Assembly: GCA_039796775.1 (NCBI GenBank)
Contig: JBDKJD010000003.1
Span: 12,697-76,696 of the forward strand
DNA length: 64,000 nucleotides
Direction: 5' to 3'
Origin: Candidatus Parcubacteria bacterium
Lineage (GTDB): Bacteria; Patescibacteriota; Minisyncoccia; Phycocordibacterales; UBA5272
Below the pieces are notes generated by a model. The model did no database searches. It saw only the letters and a program-made list of their open reading frames with translations, and had not been told where the DNA came from. Made by a program: the position numbers and the translations under genes. Positions 58,962 to 64,000 of this stretch are shown in pieces. Every line of letters starts with the position of its first letter. Position 1 is the stretch's first letter.

Positions 58962-59780
58962 TTAAAATTGATTAACTAAACGAAGATCGCCGTTATAGAG
59001 CATACGAATATCATCAATGCCAGTCTTGAGCATGATAAGACGATCAAGTCCGCCACCAAAAGCAAATCCTTGATACAGAAGTGGATCAAGTCCTGCATTC
59101 TTGAGTACTTGTGGATGCACCATGCCAGCTCCCATTATCTCTATCCAGCCAGATGCTGAACATACATTACATCGCGAACTATCTTGAAGTATCCCTGTTC
59201 CATTACATTTAAAGCACTGCATATCAACTTCTACTGAAGGTTCTGTAAAAGGAAAGAATGATGAGCGGAGGCGTACTTCTGTTTTCTTCTCAAGAAATTC
59301 TGTGAAGTAATGTTCAAGCACTCCTTTTAAGTGAGCAAGCGTAATATCTTTGCCTATCATGAGACCCTCCACCTGAAAGAACTGCGCCTCATGACGAGCG
59401 TCGGTGGCTTCATTTCTAAACACTTTACCAGGCACAACTACAGCTATCGGAAATTCTCTCTCCTCCTTAATCCATCTCTCAATAGTGCGGACTTGTACAC
59501 CGGAGGTATGTGTACGGAGAACATAACCAAGTGAACCAAAAGTTGTCTCAGCTTCCTGTTCTTTTGTGGTCTTCGTGCGAGTGTGCGAGATAGTGTTTTG
59601 ATCTATCCAAAAGGTATCTTGCATATCACGAGACGGGTGATCGCGAGGGACATTCAAAGCGTCAAAATTATACCATTCACTCTCGAGTTCTGGACCGTCA
59701 ACAATATCAAAACCTATTCCGGTAAATATCTGAGACACCTTGTCTATCGCTTGAGTTATAGGGTGGAAATGAGAAGACAT
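58962..59780 (-). CDS. pheS: Phenylalanyl-tRNA synthetase alpha subunit (no N-terminal arm)
   Basis: NFDALN-x-P-x-DHPSRDMQDTF, LRTHTS, FFPFTEPS, GAGMVHP, GFAFG. Confidence 0.97.
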   Translation of the reverse strand: MSSHFHPITQAIDKVSQIFTGIGFDIVDGPELESEWYNFDALNVPRDHPSRDMQDTFWIDQNTISHTRTKTTKEQEAETTFGSLGYVLRTHTSGVQVRTIERWIKEEREFPIAVVVPGKVFRNEATDARHEAQFFQVEGLMIGKDITLAHLKGVLEHYFTEFLEKKTEVRLRSSFFPFTEPSVEVDMQCFKCNGTGILQDSSRCNVCSASGWIEIMGAGMVHPQVLKNAGLDPLLYQGFAFGGGLDRLIMLKTGIDDIRMLYNGDLRLVNQF

Positions 59781-59799
59781 GACTGTAATTATACCATAG

Positions 59800-59945
59800 T
59801 TTAAAGCTTAAAGCTTATAGCTTATAGCTTATAGCTTATAGCTTATAGCTTAGAAAAAGTGTAAGCCTGATTCGCGAATAAATTAAATGTGTATAAATGT
59901 ATCTGTATTACCATATTCTACGTTCTATACTCTACATTCTGTACC
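59800..59945. repeat. Heptamer arrays: (CTTATAG)5 and an opposing CTA-type array
   Basis: TTTAAAG CTTAAAG (CTTATAG)x5 at 59800-59848; CTACGTT CTATACT CTACATT at about 59917-59937. Confidence 0.8.
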
Positions 59946-59953
59946 CCTCCTCT

Positions 59954-61216
59954 CTATCTCTTCGTATCCTGAAGGACCCAATCATTTCTTTTCTTTGTAA
60001 ACGTATCGAATATCGCCTTTCCAATAAAAAATGGTACAAAGATCGGATACAGCAAGAAGAAGAAAGGAAAGTTCTTGTATAACTCTTGCTTATCGTCCGA
60101 TAGAACATTACCGATATACAGAACCACTAAAAACATCGTGAGCATTATCATCGCAATAAATGTCATCACTGCTGTATTAAAATAAAAGAAATCAAATTGT
60201 GGAAGTGACGGATTAACTCCAACAGTCATCCATTCTTCTAATCTAAGCACAATCATTTTTATTAAACCATACATCACAAAGAGTGCCGCATATAGCCCAT
60301 AAAACATAAAGAGAAAAGCCATAGGTAACGTAAACATTCCAAAATTACCATACTCTTTCTTGAAAAATAATTCTCGATAATCAAGAGCATTCTCCAAAAA
60401 TCCTCTCGCCCATCTAAGCCGCTGATGGAAGAAACCTTTAGCTGTTGACGGCCCCACTGTGTAGACAAGCGCCTTGTGAGAATTCATAATCTTAAGATGA
60501 TTCTTGTGCATGCGGAGAGTGATTTCAAAATCTTCTGTGTTGTGTGCTTTTTTGTAGCCACCTAATGTCTCGAAAACTTCTCGTTTAAAAATAGAAAATG
60601 GTCCGGGAGTAACCTGAATTGCATCTAGCTGTCCAAAAGCTTTCCTCAAAAAAACTCCCATTAAATATTCTACAGCCTGCATCCTTTGGATAAATGTCCT
60701 CGGGTTACGAATATGGATACAAGGAGTTATTGCCATCGCAGTTGGTGTAGCTTCGAAGTAACCAACAATAACACGTAGAGCATTCGGTGCTACGAATGAG
60801 TCAGCATCTAGGCAACCAAAAAGTTCACTCTTTGACATTGAAAGAGCGCGATTAACAGCGTTATGCTTGCCTTGTTTTTCTTCAATACACACGTCAATAT
60901 TCTCTGGATAAATAGTCTTAAATTCTGTCGCTACTTGATACGTCGCATCAGTGCTGTTGTTATCTACAACAATAATATGGAGCTTGTCTTTAGGGTAATC
61001 CAGCTCCATAAGTGAAGTGAGGGTTGCACCAAGTGTACCGGCCTCATTCCAACACGGAACAGCTATAGTGACATGCGGGTACTTTGTAATGACGAAGGCT
61101 TCTTCGTTTTTGATTTTCTTTTTATTTTCAAAAAGGGATACGAAAAGAAGTATCTGAAAATACATCGACAGAAATAGGAACGGGTACATGAGGGCATTTA
61201 AAACGCTTTCTATCAT
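59954..61216 (-). CDS. Processive GT2 glycosyltransferase (PgaC/cellulose synthase-like)
   Basis: VPCWNE, DAD, TED, QRLRW; TM segments at both ends. Confidence 0.92.
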   Translation of the reverse strand: MIESVLNALMYPFLFLSMYFQILLFVSLFENKKKIKNEEAFVITKYPHVTIAVPCWNEAGTLGATLTSLMELDYPKDKLHIIVVDNNSTDATYQVATEFKTIYPENIDVCIEEKQGKHNAVNRALSMSKSELFGCLDADSFVAPNALRVIVGYFEATPTAMAITPCIHIRNPRTFIQRMQAVEYLMGVFLRKAFGQLDAIQVTPGPFSIFKREVFETLGGYKKAHNTEDFEITLRMHKNHLKIMNSHKALVYTVGPSTAKGFFHQRLRWARGFLENALDYRELFFKKEYGNFGMFTLPMAFLFMFYGLYAALFVMYGLIKMIVLRLEEWMTVGVNPSLPQFDFFYFNTAVMTFIAMIMLTMFLVVLYIGNVLSDDKQELYKNFPFFFLLYPIFVPFFIGKAIFDTFTKKRNDWVLQDTKR

Positions 61217-61218
61217 GT

Positions 61219-61911
61219 TTATTTTTTCTTAGTGGTGGTAGCTGCCGTAGAGGAAGCATTCGATTCTACTTTAAATGACTCAGGGAGTAGCGCTTCTACT
61301 TCTTCAACTGTTTTAAAACCAGAGAAAACCTTATCATCAATAATTATTGTAGGAAGTGCAGCAGTCACCTTATATATGGCCTTAAGAGAGTCGACCACTG
61401 AAAGATCTAAATCATAATCAAAGGAGTACACGCGCAAATTAGGATAGAGTTCTTTAAGTCGAGTTAGGACATACCCCTGCTTCGCGCAGTCCTTACAGTC
61501 ACTTCTGTTAGTGTAAAAATAAATAACTGAGACTGTTTTTTTGGCTTGTCCACATTTTTCAGTTAACTTCTTTGACAGAAGATAATCTTTTACTTGTAAG
61601 AGGGAGTAATATTTTTTTAGATATTGTACGGTTGCATCATCGCCTCCTCTTTCGTTTTCTGTAAACGAAAGCTTCTCCCCTACGAGAGATAACTGCTCCG
61701 AAAGGACAGTATCATTAACGTGCGAGCATGGGATTTCTTTTAAAAGATCGAATTGTGTTTCGCTTGCGAGAATATCTATTGCTATTGTGTCTTGTATTTC
61801 TTTTACGTTTTCTGTACGTAGTGATGAAAAATAGGTTGAAGCAAAAAAGGCGGTTACAAAGATAGAACTTGTAATAAGGAGTGTGAGGAGATATTTTTTG
61901 ATATCAATCAT
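61219..61911 (-). CDS. Membrane-anchored thioredoxin-fold hypothetical protein
   Basis: N-terminal TM, YFY...CKDC motif, LPTIII; start taken at MIDIKK. Confidence 0.7.
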   Translation of the reverse strand: MIDIKKYLLTLLITSSIFVTAFFASTYFSSLRTENVKEIQDTIAIDILASETQFDLLKEIPCSHVNDTVLSEQLSLVGEKLSFTENERGGDDATVQYLKKYYSLLQVKDYLLSKKLTEKCGQAKKTVSVIYFYTNRSDCKDCAKQGYVLTRLKELYPNLRVYSFDYDLDLSVVDSLKAIYKVTAALPTIIIDDKVFSGFKTVEEVEALLPESFKVESNASSTAATTTKKK

Positions 61912-61987
61912 GGAGGGGCAGATATTAGAGAGTAGACAATAGATTATAAGTGATACGTAATCTAAATAAATATGCTCCACATATTTA

Positions 61988-62063
61988 TGGAGCCAGAACT
62001 CGGGCTCGAACCGAGGACCTACGGTTTACAAAACCGTTGCTCTACCAACTGAGCTATTCTGGC
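61988..62063 (-). tRNA. tRNA-Thr(TGT)
   Basis: GCCAGAA/TTCTGGC acceptor, ACGGT-TTTGTAA-ACCGT, GGTTCGAGCC; CCA encoded. Confidence 0.95.
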
Positions 62064-62687
62064 TTTTAATATTGTTTATATGTTGCATAATACTCTCTAG
62101 AAGAGAGGCATCATAATAACGTAGGGAGATTGTACCAAATTCTAGCTTTTTTGTCGAATCACTTTTTCCTTTTTTGTGAATAGTTGTTTTATAGAAAGAA
62201 GATACAGGGATTGACAATTTTTTTACCAAAAAATCTTTTAATTTCTTATCTTTTTGACCTTCGTGAATATGAAGCAAACATTTAATTCTTTGTTCATCAA
62301 TTTTACAAATAACTCTTAAAAAAGTTACAAATAAGAGCATCATATCTGGATCACTATTAGTAAAAACGAGTGTAGTTCCTGATTTTGTACCCTCCCCCCA
62401 ATATAAAGCGAGACCGATATAGTAGAGCGGTAATAGTCTTTTTTGAACACTCGTTGGAAGCACGCTCGAAAAACTGTTATTGTCTCTATTATATTTTGTT
62501 TTAAGTGATTGAGATATACTCCGTGATGAAATATTACTTTTTTTGATTATATATCTAACACCAGTAACAGACATATTGAGGTGAGTAGCAACTTCTTAAA
62601 AGATAGCCCTGAAATATATAATTCCTGTGCTTTTACATTGCGTATCTCCTTTTCAAGGTGACCGTCTTTATTTTTTATAAATTTCAT
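62026..62687 (-). pseudogene. HTH + LAGLIDADG-like endonuclease ORF, frameshifted near 62597, overlapping tRNA-Thr
   Basis: GLALYWGEGTK...FTNSDP...FLR...LHIH motif. Upstream ATG 62687 frame (ELYISGLSF) joins EVATHLNMSVTGVRY only if 1 nt is restored. Confidence 0.7.
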
Positions 62688-62888
62688 ATAATGAATAGGT
62701 TATTTTTTACACTGAAGTAAATAAAACAATTTTAGCATAGTAAAGATTAGTTAATCTTTAAAAGACTAAAATGTTGTGTTCGTAGGGAAGTCTGCGAGGG
62801 TTTAGATGAATCAAGGAGTGAAGGCTACGCCTTCACTCCTTGGAAGCTGTATTCTTAATGTTTGGCACTCCATATTCCATCTTTAACA

Positions 62889-62941
62889 CTCTACGCTCTA
62901 TGTTCTAAGTCCTATACTCTACAATCTACGTTCTGTATCTA
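62889..62941. repeat. CTA-type heptamer array
   Basis: ACTCTAC GCTCTAT GTTCTAA GTCCTAT ACTCTAC AATCTAC GTTCTGT. Confidence 0.7.
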
Positions 62942-63463
62942 CGGCCTCCCCTCCTCTATTCCAGAAATATCTCCAAACCCGATCAGAATATCAAGCGTCG
63001 GCCGATACAGATAAATCAAACTGTCATACACTACTACCACATCTCCGTTTTGAGCGTCTTTAAAGAATGCTTGAGTTTGTTTAAGTTTGGACACATCTTG
63101 TACGACTGCTATTTGAGGATTCCCTTCTGGAACCTTCACGTGAGTCTTTAGTGCTGCTACAATTTCTTCGCCTGTTTGTGGAACTTTTTTGACTACCTTT
63201 TCTCCGTTAATACTAGTCACTGTACCTAATGATTCTTCTTGTTCTAATCTGTGTAGTTGATATTGAGAATAAATTCCAAAACAAAGAAAAATAAAAGCGA
63301 GAATACTAAGAGAGACAACAATACGTGTGATGCGTTTTTGTTTTTTCTTGCGACGTTCTATCTTATCCCTTAGAAGGGACGCCTCATCATAAGAAACATT
63401 CTCTTCATGAGTAATATCTTTATTCTTCTTTTCAAAAAAGGAAGTAATAGAGTTAAGTTTCAT
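62939..63463 (-). CDS. Hypothetical single-pass membrane protein
   Basis: TM followed by P-x-IA-x-V-x-D...Q-x-FFKDAQNGD...YRP. Confidence 0.75.
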   Translation of the reverse strand: MKLNSITSFFEKKNKDITHEENVSYDEASLLRDKIERRKKKQKRITRIVVSLSILAFIFLCFGIYSQYQLHRLEQEESLGTVTSINGEKVVKKVPQTGEEIVAALKTHVKVPEGNPQIAVVQDVSKLKQTQAFFKDAQNGDVVVVYDSLIYLYRPTLDILIGFGDISGIEEGRP

Positions 63464-63472
63464 ACGTTTATA

Positions 63473-64000
63473 TTAACGAAGTATATCACAACCAATTGTT
63501 TCGTTGGCTTTGATTCTGGTGGTTGTATACCAATTTCCAGTCGCAATAGAAATAGGAATAAACGTAGAAACATACACTCTGTTAGATCGCTGGAAGCGCC
63601 TAACCGCATCCCTGGTAAGAGGACCAAATACCCCACTTAATGGCAATCGTTCGCCTTGAACAATATTCAAAAACTGCTGAACCTTACGCACGTCCTCTCC
63701 TCTATCCCCAAAGCGGAGATTAGTTCTAAAAAATGGACAAGCGTTCACAACTATTTTCTCTCCACATGGTGCTGTGGTCTGTCTTTCTATGTGACGCTGA
63801 CTGAGTGTATACACCGTTCCTGTTGGTTCTTTTAGTCGCATTGGATCTAGGATGAGATTTTTATACTTCTTCTGCCATCGTTTAACTGCCTCTACATCTC
63901 TTGATTCATAGATACCATTAATTGGAAGCTTTTCATTTTCATATTCATTCAAGAATCGCTCCAATTTCTCGACATCGCTTTTGTTGTTACTGAGTGTGAT
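63473..64000 (-). CDS. Peptidoglycan-binding domain protein, partial (start beyond window end)
   Basis: Two PGBD repeats (DVEKLERFLN...; LRFGDRGEDVRKVQQFLN...GVFGPLTRDAVRRFQ); frame open to the window end. Confidence 0.85.
   Translation of the reverse strand: MTLSNNKSDVEKLERFLNEYENEKLPINGIYESRDVEAVKRWQKKYKNLILDPMRLKEPTGTVYTLSQRHIERQTTAPCGEKIVVNACPFFRTNLRFGDRGEDVRKVQQFLNIVQGERLPLSGVFGPLTRDAVRRFQRSNRVYVSTFIPISIATGNWYTTTRIKANETIGCDILR

Overview
AT-rich bacterial chromosome segment using the standard genetic code. It most likely comes from a Patescibacteria/CPR (Parcubacteria-like) organism; this is inferred from compact valS/thrS/pheS/pheT, several peptidoglycan-binding surface proteins, scarce Shine-Dalgarno sites and extended -10 boxes just upstream of start codons. 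Positions 1 to about 6.8 kb look accessory and carry a tightly spaced LexA-DUF2188-CdnE-Cap15 (type I CBASS) operon, a sigma-like ORF and candidate structured RNAs. The rest is mostly housekeeping (msrAB redox cluster, murF, secA, valS, lepA, murJ, rnpB, typA, tag, hicBA, photolyase, htpX/lemA, thrS, gyrB, murD/C, pheT/S) plus four tRNA genes (Phe, Arg, Ser, Thr). The most striking unexplained structure is non-coding. (i) A conserved two-hairpin element sits behind three different tRNA genes and one candidate sRNA, each time bracketed by an inverted and a direct copy of the local RNA 3' end. (ii) Inverted 7-nt-period TAG/CTA repeat arrays recur across the window, and one pair exactly encloses a four-helix-bundle (Avd/IVS-like) gene between lemA and htpX. 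(iii) Stand-alone candidate sRNAs share a GTTCTACC junction. Also notable are a SET-domain gene next to an unannotated H1-like Lys/Ala peptide, two poly-G tracts at phase-variation-like positions, and a MazF-like pseudogene with in-frame TGAs. All family assignments are from motif recognition by eye; no database searches were run.
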